NCBI GenBank assembly: GCA_044450765.1
Contig: JBIOJK010000007.1
Location: forward strand, 2,875 to 66,874
DNA: 64,000 nt
Direction of reading: 5' to 3'
From: Myxococcota bacterium
GTDB taxonomy: Bacteria; Myxococcota_A; UBA9160; SZUA-336
A program made the translations under genes and the position numbers. Position 1 is the stretch's first letter, and every line of letters starts with the position of its first letter. The notes under the pieces are model-generated. The model saw only the letters and a list, made by a program, of their open reading frames with translations. It had not been told where the DNA came from and made no database searches. Below, piece by piece: positions 1 to 10,074 of this stretch.

Positions 1-33
1 GTCGCGGCAGCAAAGCCGCCGAGGGAGATCGCA

Positions 34-516
34 ATGAAGACTGCTGTGGCATTCCGCGTCGGTTGCGCGCTGCTCGCGTTCGGGCTCGCGGGTGCCGCCG
101 CGGCTCAGGGTCTGATCATCTATCCGTCGAAGGGGCAATCGCAGGAGCAGCAGAACAAGGACCAGGGCGAGTGTCAGATCTGGGCGAAGAACAACACCGG
201 AATCGATCCGCTTGCGCTCGCGAATCAGGCGTCGCAACCGACGGCGAGCACACAGCCTCAGGGTGAGCGCGCGCGCGGGGCGGTGCGCGGCGCTGCGGGC
301 GGCGCGGCGATCGGCGCGATCGCAGGCGATGCGGGCAAGGGCGCGGCAGCGGGCGCAGCTGCAGGCACGATGGTCGGAGGAGCGCGCCAGCGAGAGAACC
401 AGGCGGCGGCGCAGCAGCAAGCCAACGCAAAGAACCAGAACACCCAGGCGCAGCTCGCCACTTACAACAAGGCGTACGCCGCGTGTCTCGAGGGCCGGGG
501 TTACTCGGTAAAGTGA
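34..516 (+). CDS. Secreted glycine-zipper (Gly/Ala-rich) protein, probable outer-membrane lipoprotein-like
   Basis: ATG at 34. N-terminal signal peptide (MKTAVAFRVGCALLAFGLAGAAAA). Central GxxxG/AxxxA repeat stretch typical of glycine-zipper domains. Q/N-rich tail. Confidence 0.55.
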   Translation: MKTAVAFRVGCALLAFGLAGAAAAQGLIIYPSKGQSQEQQNKDQGECQIWAKNNTGIDPLALANQASQPTASTQPQGERARGAVRGAAGGAAIGAIAGDAGKGAAAGAAAGTMVGGARQRENQAAAQQQANAKNQNTQAQLATYNKAYAACLEGRGYSVK

Positions 517-768
517 ACGGCGCTGCTCGCGGCCCGCGGCAGCGAGCAAGTCGAAGCGCCTCAGTTCCCCGGACGATCGCCGTGAAGGGAAACCGCAACG
601 CCGGCTGCGAACGAACGGCGAATCATTTGGGCCGGGACCGCAGCGCGTCGCGTGAGGTAAGATCGGAGCAGGTGTACTTCGAGACGAATCGAGTGATTCG
701 CGAAGCGTTCGGCGAGGCGAGCTTCCCCGCGCCGGAGCAGCTCGTCGCCGTGCGCCAGAGCGCGTAGC

Positions 769-1305
769 GTGAAGCGGCTCGCGCAGGTCACCCTTGCGCT
801 CGCGCTCGCCGCTTGCAGCTCGATCACGGTCAAGCAGGACTGGGACCCGAGCGCGCACTTCGACGGGCTGAAGACCTGGGTCTGGCAGAGCTCGACTCCG
901 ATCACCACCGGAAACGCCCGCCTCGACGACCCGCTCCTGCACGCGCGGATCCAGACCGCGCTCGCGAGCGCGCTGGCCGCGAAGGGCTACAACAAGGCGA
1001 CTTCGGGGAAGCCCGACTTCTACCTCGCGTATCACATCGCGATCCAGCAGAAGCTCGACGCGCAGACGATCTACACGGGCTACGGCCCGTACCGCGGCTG
1101 GTACGGCGTTGGCGGCGCGCAAACCGTCGTCGACACGTACGACGTCGGCACGCTTCTCGTCGACTTCATTAATCCGGAAACGAACGACGTGATCTGGCGC
1201 GGCACCGCCCAGTCGCGCATACAAGAGCTGAAGACCCCGGAGGAGCGGCAGGCGCGCATACAGGATGCGGTCGATCGCCTGCTCGAACAGTTTCCGCCCA
1301 GTTGA
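769..1305 (+). CDS. DUF4136-like lipoprotein
   Basis: GTG start. Signal peptide with lipobox-like LAACSS. C-terminal VDFINxxxxxVIWRG motif that I recognise from the DUF4136 family. Confidence 0.6.
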   Translation: MKRLAQVTLALALAACSSITVKQDWDPSAHFDGLKTWVWQSSTPITTGNARLDDPLLHARIQTALASALAAKGYNKATSGKPDFYLAYHIAIQQKLDAQTIYTGYGPYRGWYGVGGAQTVVDTYDVGTLLVDFINPETNDVIWRGTAQSRIQELKTPEERQARIQDAVDRLLEQFPPS

Positions 1306-1361
1306 ACAAAGCACAATGCCGCGTCTATCCTGCGGGCCCGAACCGCAACGGAGGGAGTCCA

Positions 1362-2015
1362 ATGAAGGTTCTCGCGATCTCAGCAACGCTTCTCGTCGCC
1401 GCGCTCTCGGCTCAGACCGCTCGCGCCGGGGACGACGACCCCTACAACCGCCCCGGTGGCTACATGGGGGTCGCCGCGTCGATTGGCGTCGGGCTCTTTG
1501 CCGGCTCCGTCAAGGACGCGTTCGGATCGTCTGACTCGTCGGTAGGCGATAGCTGGGGCGCGAACGCGCGCGCTGGCTACCGGTTCAACAGGTTCCTCGC
1601 GGCGGAAGTCGAGTACGAGTGGATGCGCGACTTCAGCATGAACGTCGAGAACGCGCCCACCGTGCCCAACAGCAGCGGCAGCGTGAACATCGGCAAAGTC
1701 CAGGAGCAGACCGTGACCGCAAACCTGAAGGTCATCGCGCCGTACGGCGCGTTCCAGCCGTACTTCCTCGCGGGCATGGGCGCCATCTTCCCGACGGTCA
1801 ACAAGAGCGACAACATCAACTACAACATCACCAACGGGGCGTTCGCGGGCCGTTTCGGCGCAGGCATCGACTACTGGGTGACTCAGAATCTCTCGCTGAA
1901 CCTCGGCGCAGAGGTCGTCGTGAGCAGCGCCAAGGTCTCCGTGCCCGGCGTCAGCGGGTCGGGTCGCGGCATCGACTATCTGTCCGGCCAGTTCGGGTTC
2001 GGCTACCGGTTCTGA
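1362..2015 (+). CDS. Outer-membrane beta-barrel protein (OmpA-like N-terminal barrel / OmpW-like)
   Basis: ATG at 1362 preceded by GGAGGGAG RBS. Signal peptide, alternating amphipathic beta-strand pattern, aromatic girdle residues, C-terminal GYRF with terminal Phe. Confidence 0.7.
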   Translation: MKVLAISATLLVAALSAQTARAGDDDPYNRPGGYMGVAASIGVGLFAGSVKDAFGSSDSSVGDSWGANARAGYRFNRFLAAEVEYEWMRDFSMNVENAPTVPNSSGSVNIGKVQEQTVTANLKVIAPYGAFQPYFLAGMGAIFPTVNKSDNINYNITNGAFAGRFGAGIDYWVTQNLSLNLGAEVVVSSAKVSVPGVSGSGRGIDYLSGQFGFGYRF

Positions 2016-2026
2016 GCCCAGTACCA

Positions 2027-2674
2027 GTGAGTCTGCTGGCGCGCTGGCTTGCGGCAGCTCTCCTCGTCGTCGGATTCGGTGCGCAGATCGCCCGAGCCGA
2101 CGACGAGGCGGCCCCGGCTCCCGACCTCGGCTTCGGGCGCTCGGGCGCCTACATCGGGGTCGGCGCTTCGCGCTCGATCAACTATCTCGAGAGCTACCTC
2201 GACAGTCAGCCGCTCCTCACGAACATCCAGTTCGGCAACTCGTGGGGCGTGAACGCCCGCGTCGGCTACCGCGTGTTCTCGTGGCTCGCGCTCGAGGGCG
2301 AGTATGAGTGGCTCGACGACTTCACCGCACGCCTCGACTCCATCGAGATCGCCCGCATCGGCGCGCAGTCGGCCACCGCGAACTTCCGTCTGATCGCCCC
2401 TCTCGGGCGCTTCCAGCCGTACTTTCTCGGCGGGGTCGGAGCTCTGATCGCCGACTCCCACGGCTCACTGGGTTTCACGGTCGAGCACAGCACGTTCGCC
2501 GGGCGCGTGGGCCTGGGCATCGACGTCTATCTCACGCCGCACGTGCTGCTGAACGTCGGCGCGGAAGCCATCCTGAGTGACGCGCAGTCGAGCTTCAACA
2601 CCGCGCTCGGCTCGGTGTCGGCGAACGGGATCGCGTTCCTCACGCTGCAGGCCGGTCTCGGCTACCGCTTCTGA
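2027..2674 (+). CDS. Outer-membrane beta-barrel protein, paralog of the preceding gene
   Basis: GTG at 2027 in frame with the long ORF. Signal peptide (LAAALLVVGFGAQIARA). Shares NARxGYR, YEW, FQPYFL and terminal GLGYRF with the 1362..2015 product. Confidence 0.65.
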   Translation: MSLLARWLAAALLVVGFGAQIARADDEAAPAPDLGFGRSGAYIGVGASRSINYLESYLDSQPLLTNIQFGNSWGVNARVGYRVFSWLALEGEYEWLDDFTARLDSIEIARIGAQSATANFRLIAPLGRFQPYFLGGVGALIADSHGSLGFTVEHSTFAGRVGLGIDVYLTPHVLLNVGAEAILSDAQSSFNTALGSVSANGIAFLTLQAGLGYRF

Positions 2675-3867
2675 GCGCCGCGCCCGACGAGCAGCGCGGT
2701 GAGCGCCGCGGTCGCGGAGACGGCGCTGGCGGCGACCAAGGTGGCGCGCAAGCCGAGCGCGCCGCCGAGCCAGCCGCCGAGGGCGGTGCCGCCCAGCATC
2801 GCCGCGCTGTTCAGCAGCCGGATCGCGCCGCTGACTCGCCCGAGCAACCGAGCCGAGGTGATTCGCTGGCGCAAGCTTCGCTGGTGGATCTCGTACAGCA
2901 CGTGCCCGCCGTCGCCGACGATCTGCTGCGCGGCGATCGCCGCGACACCGAGGAGTGTCGGACCGGGAGCGAGTGAGAGGAGGAGCGGCCCGAGCGAGGT
3001 GGTCGCGAGCCCGGCGACCATCGCCGGGCCCCCGGCGAAGCGCTCGGGAACGCGCTCCGCGGCCAGCGCGCTCGCCAGCGACGAGACCGCGCCGAGCGCG
3101 AACAGCATGCCGAGCAGCCCCGGCGCGAAGCCCAGCTCCTTGAACACGAAGAGCATGTAGACCGCGTTCGTCACCTGACTCGCCGCGAACACGAGCATGC
3201 CGCTCGCGGCGACCGCGCGCAGCGTCGGCGAACGCGCGATCTCGCGCACGCCGGCGAGCAGCTCGGGGATCCGGTCGCCGCGCGCCGGTGCAGGCGCCGG
3301 CGCGGGCTCGGCGGCCCGGATGCGGAGGAGCAGCAGCGCCGACGCGAGATAGGTCGCCGCGTCGACGAGCAGCGCCAGCGGTGCCGACAGGAGCTGCACG
3401 AGCCAGCCGCCGAGCGCGAAGCCCGCGGCCTCGGCGCTCGAGTCACCCGCCTGCAGGCGGCTGTTCGCGCGCACCAGGTCCGACGGCGGAACGACCGCCG
3501 GCAGATAGGCGTGCTCGGCGACGTCGAAGGCGAAGTCGAAGAACCCGCGGCAGAAGGCGAACGCGATCAAGTGAGTCATCGAGAGTACGCCTGCGAAGGC
3601 GGCTGCGGGCAGCGCGACCAGCAGCGCGGCGCGCGCGAGATCCGCCGCGACCAGGACCGGCCGGCGCCGAACGCGGTCGATGCCGTGCGCGGCGAACAGG
3701 CCGAGCGCGATCCCGGGCAGGATCGCGGCCGCGTTCATCGCGGCGATCTGCGCCGGAGTCGCGTCGAGGAGCTGGATCGCGGCGAGCGGCAGCGCGATCG
3801 CCGTCAGCATCGACCCGAAATTCGAGATCGTCGCCGCGGCGACGAGCCGGACGAGGTCGCGACTCAC
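2662..3867 (-). CDS. MFS transporter
   Basis: About 12 hydrophobic helices. The GTG start at 3867 overlaps the upstream TGA in a GTGA junction. The N-terminal part of the long ORF is Arg-rich GC artefact. Confidence 0.7.
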   Translation of the reverse strand: MSRDLVRLVAAATISNFGSMLTAIALPLAAIQLLDATPAQIAAMNAAAILPGIALGLFAAHGIDRVRRRPVLVAADLARAALLVALPAAAFAGVLSMTHLIAFAFCRGFFDFAFDVAEHAYLPAVVPPSDLVRANSRLQAGDSSAEAAGFALGGWLVQLLSAPLALLVDAATYLASALLLLRIRAAEPAPAPAPARGDRIPELLAGVREIARSPTLRAVAASGMLVFAASQVTNAVYMLFVFKELGFAPGLLGMLFALGAVSSLASALAAERVPERFAGGPAMVAGLATTSLGPLLLSLAPGPTLLGVAAIAAQQIVGDGGHVLYEIHQRSLRQRITSARLLGRVSGAIRLLNSAAMLGGTALGGWLGGALGLRATLVAASAVSATAALTALLVGRGAQKR

Positions 3868-4916
3868 GCGCCGAGTGACTTCGCGATACGCCAGGCCGCG
3901 TCGGCCAGCGGGCCGACACCGGCTGCGAGCAGGGTCGCGTGCTCGCTCGACGCCGTCCCATCGCGCACGCGCCCGAGGATCCCCTGCAAGATACACGCGT
4001 TGCGGAAGCCGTGAAACGCCTCGTACCAGGCGAACGACTCGATGCGGGGCCGACCGGCGCGCCGGCAGTACGCCGCTGCGTAGGCGTCCAAGCCGGGCAG
4101 CCCGAGCGCCTCGACGTCCAGAGCGCGGAACGCGCCCATCTCGAACCACGGCATGCACAGATAGGTGAAGTCACCGAGCGGGTGACCCAAGGTCGAGATC
4201 TCCCAGTCCAGGACCGCGACGATGCGCGGCTCGGTCGGGTGCACGATCGTGTTGTCGAGCTTGAAGTCACCGTGGATGATCGACGTCTCGTCTCCGGGCG
4301 GGATCGTTCGCGGCAGCCACTCGTTCAGCGCGTCCATCGCCGCCAGCGGCGCGTCCGTCGACGCGTAGTACTGCTTCGACCAGCGCGAGATCTGGCGCGC
4401 GAAGTAGTTCCCCGGCCGACCGAAGCCCTCGAGCCCGAGCCGCCTGTAGTCGAGTGAGTGCAGCTTCGCGAGCACTTCGTTCAGCGAGTCGTAGATCGCG
4501 GCGCGCTCGCGGTTGGAGAGATCGGGAGCGTGCGGCTCCCAGAACACGCGGCCCTCGACGCACTCCATCACGTAGAACCAGGTGCCGAGCACTGACTCGT
4601 CGGTGCACAGCGCGTACGTGCGCGGCACCGGCACCCCGGTGCCCTGCAGCGCCGTCAGCACGCGGTACTCGCGGTCGACGGCGTGCGCCGAAGGCAGCAG
4701 CTGACCGGGCGGCTTGCGGCGCACGACGTAGCGCGTGCCGCCCGCCGAGACGCGGTACGTCGGGTTGCTCTGTCCGCCCTTGAACTGCTCGACGTCGAGC
4801 GAACCGCGGAAGCCGTCGACGTGGGCGCGCATCCAATCCTCGAGACGCGCCGCGTCGATCCTGTGTCGCTCGCGAACCGGCTCGGTCCCCTCGAAGATTT
4901 CCTGCCGTTCTCCCAT
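3864..4916 (-). CDS. Phosphotransferase family protein (APH/ACAD10/11-like kinase domain)
   Basis: Brenner/APH motifs: HGDFKLDN catalytic loop, DWE, VLDWE. Confidence 0.75.
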   Translation of the reverse strand: MGERQEIFEGTEPVRERHRIDAARLEDWMRAHVDGFRGSLDVEQFKGGQSNPTYRVSAGGTRYVVRRKPPGQLLPSAHAVDREYRVLTALQGTGVPVPRTYALCTDESVLGTWFYVMECVEGRVFWEPHAPDLSNRERAAIYDSLNEVLAKLHSLDYRRLGLEGFGRPGNYFARQISRWSKQYYASTDAPLAAMDALNEWLPRTIPPGDETSIIHGDFKLDNTIVHPTEPRIVAVLDWEISTLGHPLGDFTYLCMPWFEMGAFRALDVEALGLPGLDAYAAAYCRRAGRPRIESFAWYEAFHGFRNACILQGILGRVRDGTASSEHATLLAAGVGPLADAAWRIAKSLGA

Positions 4917-5000
4917 GAGTGCGCCCTATCGTACGCTATGCTGCTCGCCCCCACCCCGAGGGTGCGCGCCGGCGACAGGCGCTGACAGGAGTGGCTCCCG

Positions 5001-6050
5001 ATGAAAATCTCCGAATTCGTCCGCACGCACTACCGACACTTCAATGCGGCTGCGCTCTCCGACGCGACCGAGGCGTACGTGCGGCACGTCGACGGCGGCG
5101 GAAAGATGCTGCTCGCGATGGCCGGTGCGATGAGCACGGCCGAGATCGGTCTCTCGCTCGCCGAGATGATTCGCCGCGACAAGATCCACGCGATCTCGTG
5201 CACCGGCGCGAACCTCGAGGAGGACGTCTTCAACCTGGTCGCGCACGATCACTACAAGCGCATCCCCGGCTGGCGCAATCTCACCGCGGCAGACGAGAAG
5301 GCGCTCGAGCGCGCCGGCCTGAACCGCGTCACCGACACGTGTATTCCGGAGGACAAGGCGTTCCGCGCGATCGAGAAACACGTGCTCGACCTGTGGCTGC
5401 GCGCCGACCAGCAGAAGAAGCGCTGGTTCCCGCACGAGATCATGTATCAGCTGCTGCTCGAAGGCCGCCTGCGCGACTCGTATCAGATCGACCCCGCCCA
5501 CTCGTGGCTGCTCGCCGCTGCCGAGAGGAACCTCCCGATCTTCGTGCCCGGCTGGGAGGACTCGACGCTCGGGAACATCTTCGTCTCGCACGTGGTCGCG
5601 GGCGAGCTCTCGAACTTCCAGATCGTGAAGAGCGGGCTCGAGACCATGGCCGAGCTGGCGCGCTGGTACGTGAAGACGACCATGGGCAAGTCACTCGAGG
5701 ATCTGCCGCCGGTCGAAGTCACCGGGCACGACGCCGTCGGCATGCGCGCGATCCCGGGCTCGCAGGCGCGCTCCACGATCGGCTTCTTCCAGATCGGCGG
5801 CGGCATTGCCGGCGACTTCCCGATCTGCGTCGTTCCGATGATCCACCAGGATCTGCGGCGGCCGTGCCCGTACTGGGGCTACTTCTGCCAGATCAGTGAT
5901 TCGACCACCAGCTACGGAAGCTACAGCGGCGCGTTCCCGACCGAGAAGATCACCTGGGGCAAGCTAGACGAGCAGACTCCGATGTTCATGATCGAGTCAG
6001 ACGCCACGATCGTCGCGCCGCTGGTTTTCGCGTCTGTGCTGGGTTGGTGA
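5001..6050 (+). CDS. Deoxyhypusine synthase family protein (DHS-like NAD-binding)
   Basis: 349 aa. Characteristic DHS blocks (ISCTGANLEEDV, IFVPGWEDSTLGNIF, GGGIAGDFP). Confidence 0.7.
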   Translation: MKISEFVRTHYRHFNAAALSDATEAYVRHVDGGGKMLLAMAGAMSTAEIGLSLAEMIRRDKIHAISCTGANLEEDVFNLVAHDHYKRIPGWRNLTAADEKALERAGLNRVTDTCIPEDKAFRAIEKHVLDLWLRADQQKKRWFPHEIMYQLLLEGRLRDSYQIDPAHSWLLAAAERNLPIFVPGWEDSTLGNIFVSHVVAGELSNFQIVKSGLETMAELARWYVKTTMGKSLEDLPPVEVTGHDAVGMRAIPGSQARSTIGFFQIGGGIAGDFPICVVPMIHQDLRRPCPYWGYFCQISDSTTSYGSYSGAFPTEKITWGKLDEQTPMFMIESDATIVAPLVFASVLGW

Positions 6051-6064
6051 CTCGCCGAGCTGAC

Positions 6065-6523
6065 TCAGGCGCCGTGGCACTTCTTGAACTTCTTGCCGGA
6101 CCCGCACGGGCAGGGGTCGTTGCGGCCGACCTTGGGTGACTCTCGCACGTAGGGCGCCTGCACCTCGTGGTCGTGGTCGTGCGCGTGGTGATGCGAGTGT
6201 CCGTGCGCGAGCGCGTGCTCGACGTCCGGCAGCATTTCATCGACGGTCTCGCGCAGACCGGGCGCCGCGAACGCCACCAGCGCGCCGAGCAGCGGGACCA
6301 CCTTCGGCACGAGTGAGTCGACCGGGTCGAACTGCTCGGGTACGGCGTGGAAGAGCCAGCCGTGCAGGTCGCCCGAGTCGAGCTCGGCGAGCGGGCGGCC
6401 GATCTCGCCGAGCGCCGCGTTCAGCCGCTCCGCGATCTCCCGGCGCTCGTCCGCGGAAGCGGCGCCGACCGCCCGCGCCTGCTCCGACGCGAGGAACTCC
6501 TCGAGCGCGAACCCGCTAGTCAC
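6065..6523 (-). CDS. SEC-C metal-binding domain protein with His-rich segment
   Basis: C-terminal [17 protein letters not shown] is a canonical SEC-C motif. Preceded by [14 protein letters not shown]. Confidence 0.6.
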   Translation of the reverse strand: MTSGFALEEFLASEQARAVGAASADERREIAERLNAALGEIGRPLAELDSGDLHGWLFHAVPEQFDPVDSLVPKVVPLLGALVAFAAPGLRETVDEMLPDVEHALAHGHSHHHAHDHDHEVQAPYVRESPKVGRNDPCPCGSGKKFKKCHGA

Positions 6524-7412
6524 GAGTCACACTCGGCGCCAGCGCGAACGTCAGCACGCCCGACGCGGTCAACAGGAAGCCGCACGCCTGCCGGAGTGTG
6601 ACCTGCTCGCCGAGCACGAGGTACGAGACTGCGAGCGACACGATCGGCGCCGAGGGCACGACGATCGCAGTAGCGCGCGTGAGATCGAGTCGCTTCACCG
6701 CCGCGTACCATGCCAGGGTCCCTCCGAACGACAACAGCATTCCCTGTAGCGCGACCACCGGCAGAAATCCGGCGAGAGCGGCTCGGCTGGGCAGGCCGCC
6801 CGACCCCCCGACCGCGAGCCAGACCGCCGCCAGCACCAGGGTGCCGTACACGTAGCGGGCGGCGGAGAGCTGCAGCGGGTCGAATACGGAGAGTCTCTTG
6901 AGCGCGACCCAGTGTGAGCTCTGCCACGCGAGCGGCGTCGCGAGCAGAAAGCCGAGACCGAGCCAGCCCGAGACCGGTCGGGTGCCGATTGCGAGCGCGA
7001 TCCCGCACGCGATCGCAGTGACTGCCGCGATGCGGCGGCGCGGGATCCGATAGCCGAGCAGGAAGCGCGTGCCGATCAGCGAGTACACGGGCTCGGTCTG
7101 CACGCAGAGCGCGGTCTCGATCGCGGAGACGCGCTTCGCGCCCGCGTAGTACAGGCTGAACGCGAGCGCGGTGCCGAGCGCGCCCACCGCGACCAGAGTC
7201 GCGAGATCGCGCCTCGGGGCCAGGAGCGCCAGCTGCCCGCGCGCGGCGAGCACGCCGAGCGCGACGGTGCCCGCGAACGCGCTCGTGCACAGCGCGATCG
7301 TGAAGCTGCTCGCGGCCGCCGTCGTGAGCTTCGCGACCGCCGGCACGAACGCGCCGTTCGCCACGCAGTATGCGGCGAGAGCCAAACCCGCGAGCTCCAC
7401 CCGGCGACTCAT
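6516..7412 (-). CDS. EamA/DMT family transporter
   Basis: 10 predicted TM helices in two internally repeated halves. 298 aa. Confidence 0.65.
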   Translation of the reverse strand: MSRRVELAGLALAAYCVANGAFVPAVAKLTTAAASSFTIALCTSAFAGTVALGVLAARGQLALLAPRRDLATLVAVGALGTALAFSLYYAGAKRVSAIETALCVQTEPVYSLIGTRFLLGYRIPRRRIAAVTAIACGIALAIGTRPVSGWLGLGFLLATPLAWQSSHWVALKRLSVFDPLQLSAARYVYGTLVLAAVWLAVGGSGGLPSRAALAGFLPVVALQGMLLSFGGTLAWYAAVKRLDLTRATAIVVPSAPIVSLAVSYLVLGEQVTLRQACGFLLTASGVLTFALAPSVTRD

Positions 7413-7446
7413 TTCGGGCGCGCAGTATACGCGGAGACTCGACGGA

Positions 7447-9081
7447 TCACGAAGAGCGGGCGACTCGCAGGCCGTCGCGGAGCAGCGCCTGAGCGGCGCG
7501 CGCGCCGTCGATCGCCGCGCTCATGATGCCGCCCGCACTGCCCGCGCCTTCGCCGACCGGGAACAGATTCTCGAAGCCGGGCGCGCGCAGCGTCTCGGGG
7601 TCGCGCGCGATGCGCACCGGGCCAGAGCTGCGCGACTCGATCCCGACCAAGAGCCCCTGCGCCGAGGCGAAGCCCGGCAGCGTGCGCTCGAAGCGTGCGA
7701 GCGCGTGGCGGAGCGCGTCGCGCACGCGCTCCGGCAGGAGTGAGTCGATCCGAGCGGCGCGCAGGCCGAAGCGGTAGCTCGAGCGGCCGACCGTCCGACT
7801 CGCGGCGCCGGCGAGAAAGTCGGGCGCCCGCTGCGCCGGCGCGCTGTAGTCGGCGCCGCCGAGCTCGAAGCAGCGGCGCTCGAGCTGCTCCTGCAACTCG
7901 ACCCCGGCGAACGCCCCCGCGCCGAACTCGCGCGGGCCGAGCGTCGTCACGACCGCCGCGTTGGCGTGGCGCGAGGAGTGCCGCGAGTTGCTCATTCCGT
8001 TCGTACACAAGAGGCCCGGCGCCGAGACACTCGCCACGATCTGGCCGCCCGGGCACATGCAGAAGCTGTGCGCGCCCGGCGCGCCGTCGCCCGCCTTGCA
8101 GGTGAGCGCATAGTAGGCTGGGCCGAGCGCGCGCGCTTCGGGTGAGTCGCCGTAGCGCCCGCGGTCGACGAGCTCCTGCGGATGCTCGATGCGCGCGCCG
8201 AGCTGAAACGGCTTCGCCTCGACCGGCAGCCCCTGCACCGCGAGCGCGCGCCAAGTGTCTCGCGCGCTGTGACCCGGCGCGAAGATCAGGGCATCGCAAG
8301 CGAGCTCGCCGCGCGTCGTCTCCAGCGCGGCGACCCGGCCCGCCGCGACCTTCAAGTGGTCGACGCGCGTGCGCCAGTGAAAGCGCACGCCCGCGGCTTC
8401 GAGTCGCGCGCGGAGCCGCGGCAGGATCCGGTGCAGGCGGTCGGTGCCCACGTGCGCGCGCGCGTCGTAGAGGATCTCTTCGGGCGCCCCGCACAGGACG
8501 AGCTCCTGGAGAATCGGGGCCTCCAGCTCGTGCTCGACGCGCGTGTAGAGCTTGCCGTCCGAGTAGGTGCCCGCGCCGCCCTCGCCGAACAGCAAGTTGC
8601 TCTCGGGGTTCGGCACCCGCGAGCGCTGGAATGCGGCCAGGTCGCGTCCGCGCTCGCGCAGCTCGGCACCGCGCTCGAGCAGGTCGACGGCGACACCGCT
8701 GCGCGACAGCGCGAGCGCGGCGAACAGGCCCGCGGGTCCGGCGCCCAACACCGAAATGCGCCGGCCGGCGAGCGACGCGTGCACGCGCTCGACCTCGATC
8801 CGGCCCGGCTCGGGCGCCGGCACGACGCGGCCCGCGCGTTCGGCGCGCGCCAGCGCGTCGGAGCGGAACCCCGCGTCGACCGCGAGATCCGCGTGAACCA
8901 CGAAGCGCAAGCGCCGCTCGCCGCGCACGCGCCGCGCGTCGACGGACTTCCGCGCGATGCGGAAGCCGCGCAGGTCCGCCGCGCCGATCCCCGCGGCCGC
9001 GAGCGCGCGCTCCCGCAACACGCTCTCGGGCTCGCCGATTCCGAGCTCGATGCCGAGCGCGCGCCAGGTCACGAGCGGCAC
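7447..9081 (-). CDS. NAD(P)/FAD-dependent oxidoreductase (COG2509-like FAD-dependent dehydrogenase)
   Basis: GxGxxG dinucleotide fold (ISVLGAGPAGLFAALAL). Last gene of the ABC-2 operon, 9 bp after the ATPase stop. A larger overlapping 779-aa ORF is rejected. Confidence 0.6.
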   Translation of the reverse strand: MPLVTWRALGIELGIGEPESVLRERALAAAGIGAADLRGFRIARKSVDARRVRGERRLRFVVHADLAVDAGFRSDALARAERAGRVVPAPEPGRIEVERVHASLAGRRISVLGAGPAGLFAALALSRSGVAVDLLERGAELRERGRDLAAFQRSRVPNPESNLLFGEGGAGTYSDGKLYTRVEHELEAPILQELVLCGAPEEILYDARAHVGTDRLHRILPRLRARLEAAGVRFHWRTRVDHLKVAAGRVAALETTRGELACDALIFAPGHSARDTWRALAVQGLPVEAKPFQLGARIEHPQELVDRGRYGDSPEARALGPAYYALTCKAGDGAPGAHSFCMCPGGQIVASVSAPGLLCTNGMSNSRHSSRHANAAVVTTLGPREFGAGAFAGVELQEQLERRCFELGGADYSAPAQRAPDFLAGAASRTVGRSSYRFGLRAARIDSLLPERVRDALRHALARFERTLPGFASAQGLLVGIESRSSGPVRIARDPETLRAPGFENLFPVGEGAGSAGGIMSAAIDGARAAQALLRDGLRVARSS

Positions 9082-9090
9082 GCGAGCCCC

Positions 9091-10071
9091 TCAGCTCGCC
9101 GCCGTGCGGCGGTACAGCTCGGCGACGATCCGCTCGATCGGCGTCTCCTCGAGTGACAGGTCCGCGATCGGCGCCCGCTCGGAGAGCCAGGCAATCAGCT
9201 TCGCGGCGGGAATCCGCTCGCGGTCGAAGCGCAGGACCAGGCGCGCTTGGCCGCGCTCCTCGAGCTGCACGCCGTCGGGCAGCTCTCCCGGCGCATCCGT
9301 CTCGAAGTCCACGGTGAGTCGCCGCTCGGAAGTCACGAGCCGGCGCACCGCCTCGAGCGAGCCGTCGTACACCACGCGCCCGTGGTCGATCAGGATCATG
9401 CGCGGGCACAAGCGCTCGATGTCCGAGAGGTCGTGAGTCGTGAGCAGAATCGTCGTCCTGCGCTCGCGATTCTCGGTGGCGAGAAACTCGCGGATCGCCT
9501 CCTTCGCGACGATGTCCAGGCCGATCGTCGGCTCGTCGAGGAAGAGCAGGCGCGGCGCGTGCAGGAGCGCGGCTCCGAGCTCGCAGCGCATGCGCTGGCC
9601 GAGCGAGAGCTTGCGCACCGGAACGTCGAGCAGCGGCCCGATGCCGAGCAGCTCCGACAGGCGCGCGAGCTGATCGCGGTACGCCGGCTCGGGGGTCCGG
9701 TACACGTGACGCAGAAGTGTGTAGGACTCGACGACCGGGAGATCCCACCAGAGCTGCGTGCGCTGGCCGAAGACCGCACCCAGCCGAGCCGTGTGCGCGA
9801 TGCGATCGCGACGCGGCTCGAGACCGCCGACGAGGGCGCGTCCGCCCGACGGCTCCAGGACGCCGGTCAGCATCTTGATCGTGGTCGACTTGCCCGCGCC
9901 GTTCGGTCCGATGAAGCCGACGAACTCACCTTCGCCGATGCGGAAGGAGACGCGGTCGACGGCGCGCACGACGTCGGCCTCGGTCTCGACCAGGTTCCGA
10001 AAGGCGCCGCCGAAGCCGCGGTGGTGCCGCGCGACCCGGAACGTCTTCTCGAGCTTCTCGACCTCGATCAT
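9091..10071 (-). CDS. ABC transporter ATP-binding protein
   Basis: Walker A GPNGAGKST, signature LSLGQRMR, Walker B LLFLDEPT, H-loop. Confidence 0.85.
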   Translation of the reverse strand: MIEVEKLEKTFRVARHHRGFGGAFRNLVETEADVVRAVDRVSFRIGEGEFVGFIGPNGAGKSTTIKMLTGVLEPSGGRALVGGLEPRRDRIAHTARLGAVFGQRTQLWWDLPVVESYTLLRHVYRTPEPAYRDQLARLSELLGIGPLLDVPVRKLSLGQRMRCELGAALLHAPRLLFLDEPTIGLDIVAKEAIREFLATENRERRTTILLTTHDLSDIERLCPRMILIDHGRVVYDGSLEAVRRLVTSERRLTVDFETDAPGELPDGVQLEERGQARLVLRFDRERIPAAKLIAWLSERAPIADLSLEETPIERIVAELYRRTAAS

Positions 10072-10074
10072 GTC

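Noticed and set aside
3443-4270. 275-aa minus-strand Arg-rich ORF and several similar ORFs in 3171..4168
   Set aside because: Out-of-frame overlaps of the MFS and phosphotransferase genes.
7409-9748. 779-aa ORF on the minus strand overlapping the FAD-oxidoreductase and ABC ATPase genes
   Set aside because: Arg/Ala/Pro-rich low-complexity translation, typical of an out-of-frame read through GC-rich coding DNA. The in-frame 544-aa and 326-aa products have real motifs (GxGxxG, Walker A/B).
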